Shown here in pieces: positions 22,170 through 31,990 of a DNA stretch of 64,000 nt (position 1 is its first letter; each line of letters begins with the position of its first letter). Made by a program: the position numbers and the translations under genes. The notes under the pieces were generated by a model. The model was not told where the DNA came from. It saw only the letters and a list, made by a program, of their open reading frames with translations, and made no database searches. The stretch covers positions 1 through 64,000 of the forward strand of contig JBBRBK010000001.1 in the NCBI GenBank assembly GCA_038205935.1, read 5' to 3'. This DNA comes from Campylobacterales bacterium (lineage in GTDB: Bacteria > Campylobacterota > Campylobacteria > Campylobacterales > Sulfurimonadaceae).

Positions 22170-22787
22170 ATGATGGATTTTTTATTTAGTTTAAATGGTC
22201 AGCTTTTTATAGCGGCATATCTCGTTGGTGGCATTCCGTTTGGACTTCTTTTGGCAAAGTTTTTTGCAGGTGTTGATGTTAAAGCGGCTGGAAGTGGAAG
22301 CATAGGTGCGACAAACGTCCTTCGTGTTGTTAAAGAAAAAGATCCAAAACTCGCAAAAAAACTTGGTGCTGCAACACTTGTACTTGACGCGCTTAAAGGT
22401 ATTGCAGTTTTAGCAGTTGCCTATCTCTTACATGTAAGCGACGCAACTATGTGGGGCATCGCTGTTTTAGCGGTTATTGGTCACTGTTTTAGTCCTTACC
22501 TCAACTTCGAGGGTGGAAAAGGGGTTGCAACGGGGATGGGTGTAATGCTTTTTTTACTTCCACTTGAAACACTCATCGCTTTAGTGACTTGGTTTGTTTT
22601 TGCAAAAACATTGAAGATCTCTTCACTCTCTTCACTTTTAGGTCTTTTAGCACTTATAATTTCTAGTTTTTATATCCACCCAGAGATGCCTCATTCTCCT
22701 GTGCTTTTGATAGGATTTATTTTGTTTTATAAACATATTCCAAATATTATCAGAGTATTTCAAGGCAAAGAGAAACGCGTTATTTGA
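22170..22787 (+). CDS. plsY: Glycerol-3-phosphate acyltransferase PlsY
   Basis: GSGSIGATNVLR, GGKGVATG and KHIPNI motifs. Confidence 0.95.
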   Translation: MMDFLFSLNGQLFIAAYLVGGIPFGLLLAKFFAGVDVKAAGSGSIGATNVLRVVKEKDPKLAKKLGAATLVLDALKGIAVLAVAYLLHVSDATMWGIAVLAVIGHCFSPYLNFEGGKGVATGMGVMLFLLPLETLIALVTWFVFAKTLKISSLSSLLGLLALIISSFYIHPEMPHSPVLLIGFILFYKHIPNIIRVFQGKEKRVI

Positions 22788-23119
22788 AAGTCTATATTGA
22801 AGATTTACGCTTTACATGTATAGTCGGGATTCTTGATTTTGAAAGAGTCACACCTCAAGATGTGCTTATCAATCTCGAACTTGAATACACTTATAAAACA
22901 AAATTCATAAACTATGCAGAGGTGGCAGAACTTATAAAATTCACGATGCAAGAGCAAAAGTTTGAGCTTCTCGAAGAGGCTTTACTTTATCTTTTTGCTC
23001 TTTTGAAAGAACATTATAAAAATATTGCCACTCTTTTTATCAAGATCACAAAACCCTCAATACTGGCTGATTGTCTTGTAAGTGTAAGTGATTTTCACGA
23101 CTACTCTTTCAAGGCGTGA
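22784..23119 (+). CDS. folB: Dihydroneopterin aldolase
   Basis: IVGILDFER..PQ, NYAEV, LLEEA and ITKP motifs; follows plsY. Confidence 0.85.
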   Translation: MKVYIEDLRFTCIVGILDFERVTPQDVLINLELEYTYKTKFINYAEVAELIKFTMQEQKFELLEEALLYLFALLKEHYKNIATLFIKITKPSILADCLVSVSDFHDYSFKA

Positions 23120-24699
23120 TTTACAAGAAGCTTTGATATCTCATAGCTCGCATCTACAAGCTCCACTTCAGGCAGATCTTTCATACTTTTTTTCTCTTCA
23201 CTACTATCGATTTTAAGGATGATATCAGCGTGTTTAGAAAAATCAAGTACAGCTTGGCTGATTAGACGTTTATTTTCTTCACTGCTCACTGTTATGATAA
23301 TCGCTTTTGCTTCATCAACTGCCAAAGATTCCAAAACGGGCAACTTATTTAAGTGACCAAAATATGCCATATAACCTGATTTCCTAGCTACAAGTACATG
23401 TTTTAGGTTATCAGAAATGATGATAAAATTTGCCCCTCTTTTTTGTAACTCTGAGGCTACTCTTCTCCCCAAAGCCCCAAATCCAGCAATAATGATGTGA
23501 TCTTTTTGCTCAATAGGTGTAATGACGTCTGATTCATAAAACTCTTTTTCAAAATAGGAAGAGAGTTTGTAGATATGACTTAGCACCATAGGAGTGAGTA
23601 TCATCGAGATCACACTCACAAGGATTAAAAAACTTGCCATCTCTTGACTTATCAATTTATCAGTTGCCGCCAGAGCAAAGATCGCAAACGAAAACTCGCC
23701 GATCTGAGCCAAAGCCAACGCAGTTTTTGCCGCAGTATTTTTATCTGCCTTACGGCGAATGATGGTATAAATAACAACAGCTTTAAAAAGCATTGCCAAA
23801 ACAAAAATAAAAATGACAATATGAAGATTTTGCAAAAAATAGATCAGATCTATCTTTGTTCCTACTCCAAAGAAAAATACACCAAGTAAAAGATCTTTAT
23901 AACTTGCAATATCTGACTCTACTTTTACATTGTAGCTGGTATCTGCGATAATCATCCCCGCGATAAATGCACCAAGTGAATAGGTAAATCCCATGCTGTG
24001 TGCCAAAAGCGAAGCTCCAAGTACAATAGAAAAAACTGATCCTAAAAAGAGCTCTTCAATCTGAGTCTTTGCTGAAAATCCAAGTAGCGCGTCAACTATC
24101 TTTTCTCCGATGGTAAACATAAATACAAGAACGATCACTGCTGAAAAAAATGTTTGTACAAGTACTGTGCCGAGTGAAAGATTATCATGAGAGAGAAATG
24201 TCATTAAAAGTAAAATAGGGATCACTGCTAAATCTTGAAAAATAAGGATGCCCATAGACTTCTGTCCATAAGGAGTGAGAATATCTTTTGATTTTTTCAA
24301 ATATGTAAGAACTATTGCTGTAGATGAAAGAGAAAATGCCAAAGAGATGATGAGCGAGGTATTGAAATCTAGTTTAAAAAGATAGTATGAAAGTAAAAAT
24401 ATTACAATAACGCTAAAGACCACCTGCATCAAACCATTTGCAAGTAAGATCTCTTTCATCTTTTTTATTTTCGTAAAACTAAGTTCAAGTCCGATGGTAA
24501 ACATTAAAAAAACTATGCCAAACTCTCCAACCATGTCAAGAGAATTGATATAAAGCCCGTTAAATCCAAAGATATAACTGATGGCAGTTCCTGTGAGAAT
24601 ATAACCTATAATATGTGAGATTCCATATCTTTTAAGAATAATGTTGAGGACCGTTGCTATGGCAAGGGTTAAAAAGATTGCTAATAATAAATTTTCCAT
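23101..24699 (-). CDS. CPA2 cation:proton antiporter with TrkA-N domain (KefB/KefC-like)
   Basis: GEFGIVFLMFTIGLE, LSSTAIV, FQDLA and QIGEFSF motifs; C-terminal GFGALG Rossmann motif. Confidence 0.9.
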   Translation of the reverse strand: MENLLLAIFLTLAIATVLNIILKRYGISHIIGYILTGTAISYIFGFNGLYINSLDMVGEFGIVFLMFTIGLELSFTKIKKMKEILLANGLMQVVFSVIVIFLLSYYLFKLDFNTSLIISLAFSLSSTAIVLTYLKKSKDILTPYGQKSMGILIFQDLAVIPILLLMTFLSHDNLSLGTVLVQTFFSAVIVLVFMFTIGEKIVDALLGFSAKTQIEELFLGSVFSIVLGASLLAHSMGFTYSLGAFIAGMIIADTSYNVKVESDIASYKDLLLGVFFFGVGTKIDLIYFLQNLHIVIFIFVLAMLFKAVVIYTIIRRKADKNTAAKTALALAQIGEFSFAIFALAATDKLISQEMASFLILVSVISMILTPMVLSHIYKLSSYFEKEFYESDVITPIEQKDHIIIAGFGALGRRVASELQKRGANFIIISDNLKHVLVARKSGYMAYFGHLNKLPVLESLAVDEAKAIIITVSSEENKRLISQAVLDFSKHADIILKIDSSEEKKSMKDLPEVELVDASYEISKLLVNHALKE

Positions 24700-24795
24700 A
24701 AAGCAATTATAGAAGATTTTTTTGCCCTTTTTTGAGAGCTGTTGTATAAAATATCTACAACCTTTACAGATCCATTTCTTAATCTAAGTTTAGAG

Positions 24796-24850
24796 AATAT
24801 TTAAAGAAAATTGAAAAAAACTTTAAATATTTCTAAAACTATGATATCAT
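24796..24850 (+). promoter_or_regulatory. hsrA promoter with an inverted repeat over the -35 region
   Basis: AATATTTAAAG-N14-CTTTAAATATT (24796-24831); extended -10 TGnTATCAT (TATCAT 24845-24850); AGGA RBS downstream. Confidence 0.5.
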
Positions 24851-24884
24851 TTCGCAAATTTTTCGCTTATAGGAACTTAAAAAT

Positions 24885-25559
24885 ATGCGCATTCTCATTA
24901 TAGAAGATGAAGTTACTTTAAACAAAATGCTTGCAGAGGGGCTCAAAGAATTTGGCTACCAAAGTGACGTTGTAGAAACTCTTAAAGATGGCGAGTACTA
25001 TCTTGATATCCGTAACTACGATTTAGTATTGATGGATTGGATGTTACCAGATGGTAACAGTGTTGATATCATATCAAGCATCAAAACAAATACTCCAAAA
25101 ACTGTTGTAGTTGTTCTTTCAGCTCGTGATGATGATGAGAGCGAAATTGAAGCACTTCGTTCGGGTGCTGATGATTATATCCGTAAACCGTTTAACTTTG
25201 ACGTTTTAATCGCTCGTTTAGAAGCTAGATTACGTTTTGGTGGAAGCACAATTATCGAAATCGATGATTTGATTATCAATCCTGAAGAGGAAAAAATCAT
25301 CTATAAAGAGCAAGAAATAGAACTTAAAGGGAAACCTTTTGAAGTACTAACTCACCTTGCTCGTCACCGTGATCAAATCGTGTCAAAAGAGCAATTACTT
25401 GATGCTATTTGGGAAGAACCAGAACTTGTAACTCCAAACGTTATTGAAGTTGCAATTAACCAAATTCGTCAGAAAATGGACAAACCTCTTGGAATCACAA
25501 CTATTGAAACTGTTCGTCGTCGTGGCTACAGATTTTGTTTTCCAAAAGAAATCAACTAA
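24885..25559 (+). CDS. hsrA: Homeostatic OmpR-family response regulator HsrA/CosR (HP1043 family)
   Basis: DGEYYLDIRNYDLV, LKGKPFEVLTHLARHRDQIVSKEQLLDAIWEEPE and VRRRGYRFCFP signatures. Confidence 0.93.
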   Translation: MRILIIEDEVTLNKMLAEGLKEFGYQSDVVETLKDGEYYLDIRNYDLVLMDWMLPDGNSVDIISSIKTNTPKTVVVVLSARDDDESEIEALRSGADDYIRKPFNFDVLIARLEARLRFGGSTIIEIDDLIINPEEEKIIYKEQEIELKGKPFEVLTHLARHRDQIVSKEQLLDAIWEEPELVTPNVIEVAINQIRQKMDKPLGITTIETVRRRGYRFCFPKEIN

Positions 25560-25566
25560 TACTACA

Positions 25567-25595
25567 AGCTTAGAGAGCAAAAAGCTCTCTAAGCT
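25567..25595 (+). terminator. Hairpin directly downstream of hsrA
   Basis: AGCTTAGAGAGC-AAAAA-GCTCTCTAAGCT, 12-bp perfect stem; weak U-tract. Confidence 0.65.
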
Positions 25596-25711
25596 CTATT
25601 ATAACTTCTCAAAATCAAACTCCTTACATGCAAAGTGCCCTGCGGGTGTAAGACTCTTTCACTATAATTTTGATACAATTTAGCACCTTTTAAATATGAC
25701 AGGATTTTATT

Positions 25712-27010
25712 ATGCTCCTCGGAAGAAGTATCAGAAAACAGTTTTTTATACAGCTTATCGTCGCGTCTGCGTCCTTAATTTTTATCTTTACATCCTTTGC
25801 TTATCTTTATATAGAAAGATCAATCTATAATGAAAAAAAAGATGAACTCATAAAATTTGCACAAAATATTGCATCTTTTAAATCTATCTCCGATGCGACA
25901 ATGTTAAATCCTGAAACATTTATGGGACTCTCAGTCGAACTTGTACATCTCAATGCTCAACTTGAATATGTTGACATGTATGAAAGAACTCAAAAAGAAA
26001 GAACTTATTTAACGCTTATCTATCCTCTGAGACTTCAGGATTTGAGTTATTTAAAAATTACAAGAGATATAACTCCAACAAAAAAACTTTTAAATAATAT
26101 TTTAAACTCCATATTTATTATCAATTCTGTAGGTTTTATTCTTATTATTCTCTATGCTATCGGGCTTTCTAAAATGCTGATAGCGCCTGTGAATACACTC
26201 TCAAGAAGACTTTCAAATATGAATGAGCATCTTATGCAAAATATAAAAATCGAAGAACTTCCAAAAGAGTTTGAGCCGCTTGGTTTGACCATCAATCATC
26301 TTATAAACAGAGTACAAAACTTTGTAAAATACCAAAAAGAACTCTTTATCGGAACTGCGCATGAGCTCAAAACTCCCCTTGCAGTCATCAAACTCAAAAA
26401 TCAAGTAACACTTATCAAAATACGCACACCAGAAGAGTATATAGAAGCCTTGAAGACAACAAACAAAGCTGTTGATGATATGAATCATATCGTTTCAAAT
26501 ATCCTCAATATCGGTCGCCAAGAAGGCGCACAGTTAGAAAAACCAGTGGAGGTTGATATCATTTCTGTACTACGCGAAAAAGCAAGAGATTTTACGCTTC
26601 TAGCAAACAATGAAAACAAAGAACTTATCATGCATTTTGAGCCTGATCTCTTTATGGCCACGCTTCAAGTAAGCCTTTTAAATCAGATTGTTCAAAACTT
26701 TCTACAAAATGCTCTTAAATTTACTCCAAAAGAGAAAAAGGTATATATCAATAGTTTTCAAAACGATGTAGGGCTTGTTATTGAGGTTCTTGATGAGGGT
26801 TGTGGGATTGATGAAAGTGTCGATCTCTTCGCTCCTTTTAAGCGTCAAGGCAACAAAAGCGGCGTTGGGCTGGGTCTTTTCTTAGCAAAAAGTGCTGCTG
26901 ATGCCATCGGTGCAACTATCGAACTTAAAAATAGAACAGACGCCAACAGTGGAACAAGTGCGAGCTTGACTATCATCTCCAAACTCTGCTGTCCACTACA
27001 CTTCAAATAA
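25712..27010 (+). CDS. Membrane sensor histidine kinase (HAMP-HisKA-HATPase), CosS-like
   Basis: Two transmembrane segments; AHELKTPL H-box; NALKFT, DEGCGI and GVGLGL boxes. Confidence 0.92.
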   Translation: MLLGRSIRKQFFIQLIVASASLIFIFTSFAYLYIERSIYNEKKDELIKFAQNIASFKSISDATMLNPETFMGLSVELVHLNAQLEYVDMYERTQKERTYLTLIYPLRLQDLSYLKITRDITPTKKLLNNILNSIFIINSVGFILIILYAIGLSKMLIAPVNTLSRRLSNMNEHLMQNIKIEELPKEFEPLGLTINHLINRVQNFVKYQKELFIGTAHELKTPLAVIKLKNQVTLIKIRTPEEYIEALKTTNKAVDDMNHIVSNILNIGRQEGAQLEKPVEVDIISVLREKARDFTLLANNENKELIMHFEPDLFMATLQVSLLNQIVQNFLQNALKFTPKEKKVYINSFQNDVGLVIEVLDEGCGIDESVDLFAPFKRQGNKSGVGLGLFLAKSAADAIGATIELKNRTDANSGTSASLTIISKLCCPLHFK

Positions 27011-27066
27011 ACTAAAGGTATATTTCGATATAAATCGAACTTATAAAATAATCACAAGGTTTTTGA

Positions 27067-27321
27067 ATGGCTTTACTAATAAATGACGAGTGTATCGCAT
27101 GTGATGCATGTCGCGAAGAATGTCCAACTGTTGCTATTGAAGAGGGCGACCCACTTTACTACATTGATCCAGACAGATGTACTGAGTGCGTGGGAGTTTA
27201 TGATGAGCCAGCTTGTATCGCGGTGTGTCCAGTTGAATGTATTGTTCTTGATAAAGATAACGTTGAGACTATTGCAGAACTTCAATATAAATATAAAGCA
27301 ATCCTAGCAGAAGAGGAATAG
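27067..27321 (+). CDS. YfhL-family 2x[4Fe-4S] ferredoxin
   Basis: CIACDACREECP and CTECVG...PACIAVCP cysteine motifs. Confidence 0.93.
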   Translation: MALLINDECIACDACREECPTVAIEEGDPLYYIDPDRCTECVGVYDEPACIAVCPVECIVLDKDNVETIAELQYKYKAILAEEE

Positions 27322-27322
27322 T

Positions 27323-28786
27323 TTGGCAAAAATAACGGCTGTCATAGACATAGGGTCTAATTCGGCCCGAATGGTGATCTATGAAAAGACGAGCCGTTTT
27401 GCTTTTCATCTGATCCACGAAGTAAAAAGTCGAGTTCGGCTTCCTGAAAATGCCTACCAAAACGGTGGTAATCTTCAAAACCAAGCGATGCAAAGAACTT
27501 ATGATGCGCTTGAGAACTTCTTAAATATAGCCGCTTCTTATAAGGCTAGAAAAATTCTTTGTGTTGCCACTTCTGCTCTTCGTGATGCTCCAAATAAAAA
27601 TGAATTTCTCTCACAAGTAAAAAACGGTCTTGGTCTGAATATCAAAGTGATCGACGGTCAAAAAGAAGCATCTTATGGCGCTATTGCTTGCTGTAATCTT
27701 CTACCAAAATCTGATGCACTGACTATCGATATTGGTGGAGGTTCTACTGAGTTTTCATATATCATCGATGGAAAAGTCACAAATACTCTTTCGCTTGAAC
27801 TTGGTACAGTAAGACTAAAAGAACTTTATTTTGACAAAGATGATATCGAAGGTGCAAGGGTATATATCAATAAAGAACTTGATAAGTTAAGTAATATACC
27901 AACATCCAACCTTATGGGAATTGGTGGAACTTTTCGAGCCCTCTCCAACGCTATTATGAAAGATATCAAGTATCCTCTCAACAAACTCCATGCCTTTGAA
28001 TTTTCATCAAAAATGATGTCTACTTTTATAGACAAAGTGATGAACGCAAATGAAAAAGGCTTAAGACGCTTAGATATCAAACCAGATCGTTATGATGTTA
28101 TTAAACCGGGAAGTCTTATCATTGCAGAACTTTTAAAAAGAAAAACTGATATTTCAAAGCTTATCACAAGTGGTGTAGGCGTGCGAGAAGGAGTTTATCT
28201 CAGCGACCTTTTAAGGCATCAAAAAGAGCTTTTTCCTGTAAACTTCAATCCATCTGTTAGATATCTTTTAGACTCTTATATCACTGATGCAAACCATTCA
28301 AATCAGCTTGCAAAAGTTGCAAGACAAATCTTTGAGCTCACAGCATCAACGTATAATATCGATGAAAAATACAAAAGAGAACTTGTCATCGCAGCGAAAC
28401 TCTCTCCGATTGGCTCAATGCTTCACAACTATTCAAGCAACCAGCACAGTTATTATCTTATCCAAACGGCTCTAGAGTATGGATTTACGCATAAAGAGAT
28501 TATGCTCATAGCGACATTGACAAAATATGCAAAAAGAAGAGCACCTTCCTCTGCACATATTGATGAGTACAAAAATATTTTACCTGATGAAGAGATAGCT
28601 GAGTTTTTAAGCTTTATTATTTCCCTCTCAAGCGCGCTACTGACGCATAGACCAAGAAACCTAAACTATGAATTCTCATTTGAGAAAAATTGTTTACATG
28701 TAAGCACAAAAGAAAATATATATCTTGTAAAAGAGAGTGTTAAAAATCTGCAGTTTCCAAAGGGGATCAAAGTAGAGTTTATCTAA
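27323..28786 (+). CDS. Ppx/GppA-family exopolyphosphatase
   Basis: IDIGSNS, ATSALRDA, DIGGGSTE and GVREG motifs; TTG start. Confidence 0.93.
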   Translation: MAKITAVIDIGSNSARMVIYEKTSRFAFHLIHEVKSRVRLPENAYQNGGNLQNQAMQRTYDALENFLNIAASYKARKILCVATSALRDAPNKNEFLSQVKNGLGLNIKVIDGQKEASYGAIACCNLLPKSDALTIDIGGGSTEFSYIIDGKVTNTLSLELGTVRLKELYFDKDDIEGARVYINKELDKLSNIPTSNLMGIGGTFRALSNAIMKDIKYPLNKLHAFEFSSKMMSTFIDKVMNANEKGLRRLDIKPDRYDVIKPGSLIIAELLKRKTDISKLITSGVGVREGVYLSDLLRHQKELFPVNFNPSVRYLLDSYITDANHSNQLAKVARQIFELTASTYNIDEKYKRELVIAAKLSPIGSMLHNYSSNQHSYYLIQTALEYGFTHKEIMLIATLTKYAKRRAPSSAHIDEYKNILPDEEIAEFLSFIISLSSALLTHRPRNLNYEFSFEKNCLHVSTKENIYLVKESVKNLQFPKGIKVEFI

Positions 28787-28800
28787 ACTCTACTCTTTTT
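28771..28800. terminator. Probable bidirectional terminator between the ppx-family gene and bamA
   Basis: AGTAGAGTTT-ATCT-AAACTCTACT, 10-bp stem followed by CTTTTT. Confidence 0.7.
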
Positions 28801-28805
28801 AGCTT

Positions 28806-31049
28806 TTAAAATCGTTGTCCCATCGTAAATTCGAAGTGTGATACTTTATCACCCGGCTTTTCACCAAGTGGATTTGCGAACATCAACTGAATCGGTCCAA
28901 CTGGAGAGAACCATTCAAGCCCAAGTCCATAGCCCCCGCGAGAAATCTCACTTAATGACTTATCACCGATAAATCCCCAGTCCAAATATGTTACAAGACG
29001 CATCTTCGCTTTTGGAACCAAAGGAAAACTCACCTCAACACTGTTTGAAAATGTCTCGTTTGCACCTACAGTTACGTTATTATCTTTTGGAGCAAGAGAG
29101 TAGGATTGATATCCTCTAACACTTCCTATACCACCCATATAGAATTTCTCAGCAATCGGCAGCTTTCCTGTGTCCATGGCATAGTTAAATCTTGCTTTGT
29201 ATCTAAGAATTGCATCAAAACCAACTAAATCTTTAAGCCCGTAATACTTACCATAGGTAGTAGCAAATTTTACAAAGTCAGCATCTCCGCCAATTCCAGC
29301 TTTTTCGACACTTTGACTAGCTGTAAAGCCTTCACGTGGAAGATAGTAGTCATCAGTAGAGTCATAGCTTACACTTGTGACAACAGAACTTTTTGAATAA
29401 CTTTCGAATGAGTATGCGTTATATCCTAAAGCCTGCAAACCTGCTTGATCTAGATTAAGATTACTGTAAACATTTTGAGAGTAGTTATATCCAAGATAGC
29501 CGCTTATATTTCTTGTAAATTTATGCCCCACCCCTAGACTGATCCCATTACTTACTACGGTATAAGAAGGATTAGAGTTCGTATAGTCAGTTCCTGATTG
29601 ATAAACTGAAAAGTTTCCACTAAAATCGCTGTCGTTAAGCTTTGGATTTGAGATTGAGAACGAATAATTATGTGTAAGCTGAGATTTTTCAAGCTTCACA
29701 CCTACATTGAGTCCTGATCCGAAGATATTTCTATCACTAACAGAGACGCTTAGTAAGATACCGCCATAGCTGCCATATCCACCACCGAGCTGAATATTTC
29801 CAGTTGGAGTTTCTTTAACTTTAACGATAAGATCCATCGTATGGTCATCTATACGCTTTTCTTCGATAGTGTTGCTTTCAAAATATCCAAGACGCCCAAG
29901 AGCGTTTCTTGAATCTTTTAAGTCGCTCAAAGAATACATATCACCCGGTCCAAGATAAAGTTCACGTCTGATAACGCGGTCAAGCGTACGAGTATTACCA
30001 GAGATGACAACATTGCGAATATGTACTTTTTCGCCAGGAACGACTTTAAAGATAACATCAACAGTATGCTTATCTTTATCTTTTTTGAGATCTGGCATAA
30101 CATTTACAAAAGCATATCCGAGATCGGCGATAGCTGTTTTTATTCTTTCAGAGTCTTCACGAAAAGTTTTGATATTAAAGGCTTCATTTTTCACAAGCTT
30201 CAAAAGTTCAACAAGTTTAGCATTGTCAATGACATCTTTTGTCTGCTCAATGTTGATTGAACTGATACGATATACATCGCCCTCTGTCACTTGATAACTC
30301 ATCTCACCAGTATAATGATCGAAATTTACTCTCACAAATGGAGAGTCCACTTTTGCATCTAAGTATCCAAACTGCATATAGTAGTCACGCATACGAAGTG
30401 GGTCATATTCGAGATCTTCGATCTTTAAATCTCCACTATTTCTGCCCCATAACCATCCTATAAACTGGTGTTGTTTATTTGCGACTACATCATCAAAATC
30501 AGTGCCTTCAAATCTATTCATACCGCTGTATTTGATCTTTTCAACAATAATCTTTTCACCCTCGTTTGTCACAAACTTGATGTGAATACTGCCGTTTTCC
30601 TGAACCTCTTTTTCCACTTCGACAACAGAGTCTATTTTGCCTTCATGGTTGAGTGAATCGATGATTCTTTTTTTAGCCGCTTCGATCTTTTGCTCATCAT
30701 AAAGTGTTCCGCGCTTAATCATAACAACATCGTTTAGAAAATCTTTGTCATCATCTTTATAGCCTTTAATCTCTATTTTTGAGATAATCGGTTTTTCTTT
30801 AAAGTGAAAAGTAACGTTGCCATCTTCATTTGTGACATAGATATCTTCAAAATATCCCTGATCAAAATATTTTTTTATAGCGTCATCTACTTTTTTATCA
30901 TCGAGATCTTCACCGACTTCCAAATCAACCATACGCATCGCTACATCTTTAGATATATGAAACAAATTGTCATAATTTATCTCTTTTATTTTATCTGCGT
31001 AGAGCGTGACTCCCTCTAACATGGCAAGCGCCAAAAAGACTATTTTCAT
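28806..31049 (-). CDS. bamA: Outer membrane protein assembly factor BamA
   Basis: POTRA repeats (GNTRTLDRVIRREL), GGIGSVRGY, SPVGPI and C-terminal Phe; start ATG 31049 with AGGA RBS. Confidence 0.96.
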   Translation of the reverse strand: MKIVFLALAMLEGVTLYADKIKEINYDNLFHISKDVAMRMVDLEVGEDLDDKKVDDAIKKYFDQGYFEDIYVTNEDGNVTFHFKEKPIISKIEIKGYKDDDKDFLNDVVMIKRGTLYDEQKIEAAKKRIIDSLNHEGKIDSVVEVEKEVQENGSIHIKFVTNEGEKIIVEKIKYSGMNRFEGTDFDDVVANKQHQFIGWLWGRNSGDLKIEDLEYDPLRMRDYYMQFGYLDAKVDSPFVRVNFDHYTGEMSYQVTEGDVYRISSINIEQTKDVIDNAKLVELLKLVKNEAFNIKTFREDSERIKTAIADLGYAFVNVMPDLKKDKDKHTVDVIFKVVPGEKVHIRNVVISGNTRTLDRVIRRELYLGPGDMYSLSDLKDSRNALGRLGYFESNTIEEKRIDDHTMDLIVKVKETPTGNIQLGGGYGSYGGILLSVSVSDRNIFGSGLNVGVKLEKSQLTHNYSFSISNPKLNDSDFSGNFSVYQSGTDYTNSNPSYTVVSNGISLGVGHKFTRNISGYLGYNYSQNVYSNLNLDQAGLQALGYNAYSFESYSKSSVVTSVSYDSTDDYYLPREGFTASQSVEKAGIGGDADFVKFATTYGKYYGLKDLVGFDAILRYKARFNYAMDTGKLPIAEKFYMGGIGSVRGYQSYSLAPKDNNVTVGANETFSNSVEVSFPLVPKAKMRLVTYLDWGFIGDKSLSEISRGGYGLGLEWFSPVGPIQLMFANPLGEKPGDKVSHFEFTMGQRF

Positions 31050-31159
31050 ATATTTCCTAAATTTGCATAATTTGAATAATGATTTTACCTTGAATGTGAT
31101 TAATATTACGTTAGTTAAAAGCATTTTCAGTGTATCATTGAAATAAAAAAAGAGAAATT

Positions 31160-31990
31160 ATGAGAGTTGGAATAATCGGGCTTGGTTTAATGGGTGGTTC
31201 ATTGGCGCTGAGTTTAAAAAATATGCCATTTATAAGAGAGGTCGTCGGTAGTGATCACAATCTAGAACACCAAAAACAAGCTCTTGATCTCTGTCTTGTA
31301 AAGCAAATTGTAGAATTTGAAGAGATAAAAAAATGTGACCTTATTATCCTTAGCGTTCCCGTGGATGGCATTATCTCTATCATCCAACAGTTAAAAGATA
31401 TCCCTAAAAATACGACTGTTATCGACTTTGGAGGAACAAAAGAAAAGATTGTAAATTCCATTCCTAAGTTGATCCGCCAAAATATCGTAGCCGCACACCC
31501 AATGACAGGAACTGAATTTTTTGGTCCATATGCGGCCATAGAAGAGCTTTACACTGATAAAGTGGTAGTTCTTTGTGATCTTGAAGAGAGTGGAAAACAT
31601 CAAAAAGAAGTAGCTATACAGCTCTTCGAAGCACTTTCTATGAAAATAAGCTACATGCACGCGCATGAGCATGATCGTCACGCCGCATTTATCAGTCATA
31701 TGCCTCACGTTATCTCTTACTCTCTTGCAAATACCGTGATAAGACAGGAAAACAGAAATGATATCTTAACTCTAGCGGCCGGCGGATTTCGCTCTATGAG
31801 CCGTCTTGCGAAAAGCTCGCCTGCGATGTGGGAGGATGTATTTAAACAAAATAAAGGAAATGTTCTTGAAGCGATAGAGCTTTTCGAAAAAGAACTGAAA
31901 AACTTCAAGCAACATATCCAAGATGAAGAGTGGATGGAACTTCATAAAGAGATGCAAGACGCAAATACTCTTTATAATATTTTTTCTTAG
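31160..31990 (+). CDS. tyrA: Prephenate dehydrogenase
   Basis: GLGLMGGS, HPMTGTE, HDRHAAFISHMPH and GGFRSMSRLAKS motifs. Confidence 0.93.
   Translation: MRVGIIGLGLMGGSLALSLKNMPFIREVVGSDHNLEHQKQALDLCLVKQIVEFEEIKKCDLIILSVPVDGIISIIQQLKDIPKNTTVIDFGGTKEKIVNSIPKLIRQNIVAAHPMTGTEFFGPYAAIEELYTDKVVVLCDLEESGKHQKEVAIQLFEALSMKISYMHAHEHDRHAAFISHMPHVISYSLANTVIRQENRNDILTLAAGGFRSMSRLAKSSPAMWEDVFKQNKGNVLEAIELFEKELKNFKQHIQDEEWMELHKEMQDANTLYNIFS

Noticed and set aside
27008..27039. Possible sigma28 promoter (TAAA...CGATAT) before the ferredoxin
   Set aside because: The spacing does not fit TAAA-N15-GCCGATAA. The CGAT is part of a small TTCGAT/ATCGAA inverted repeat of unclear meaning.
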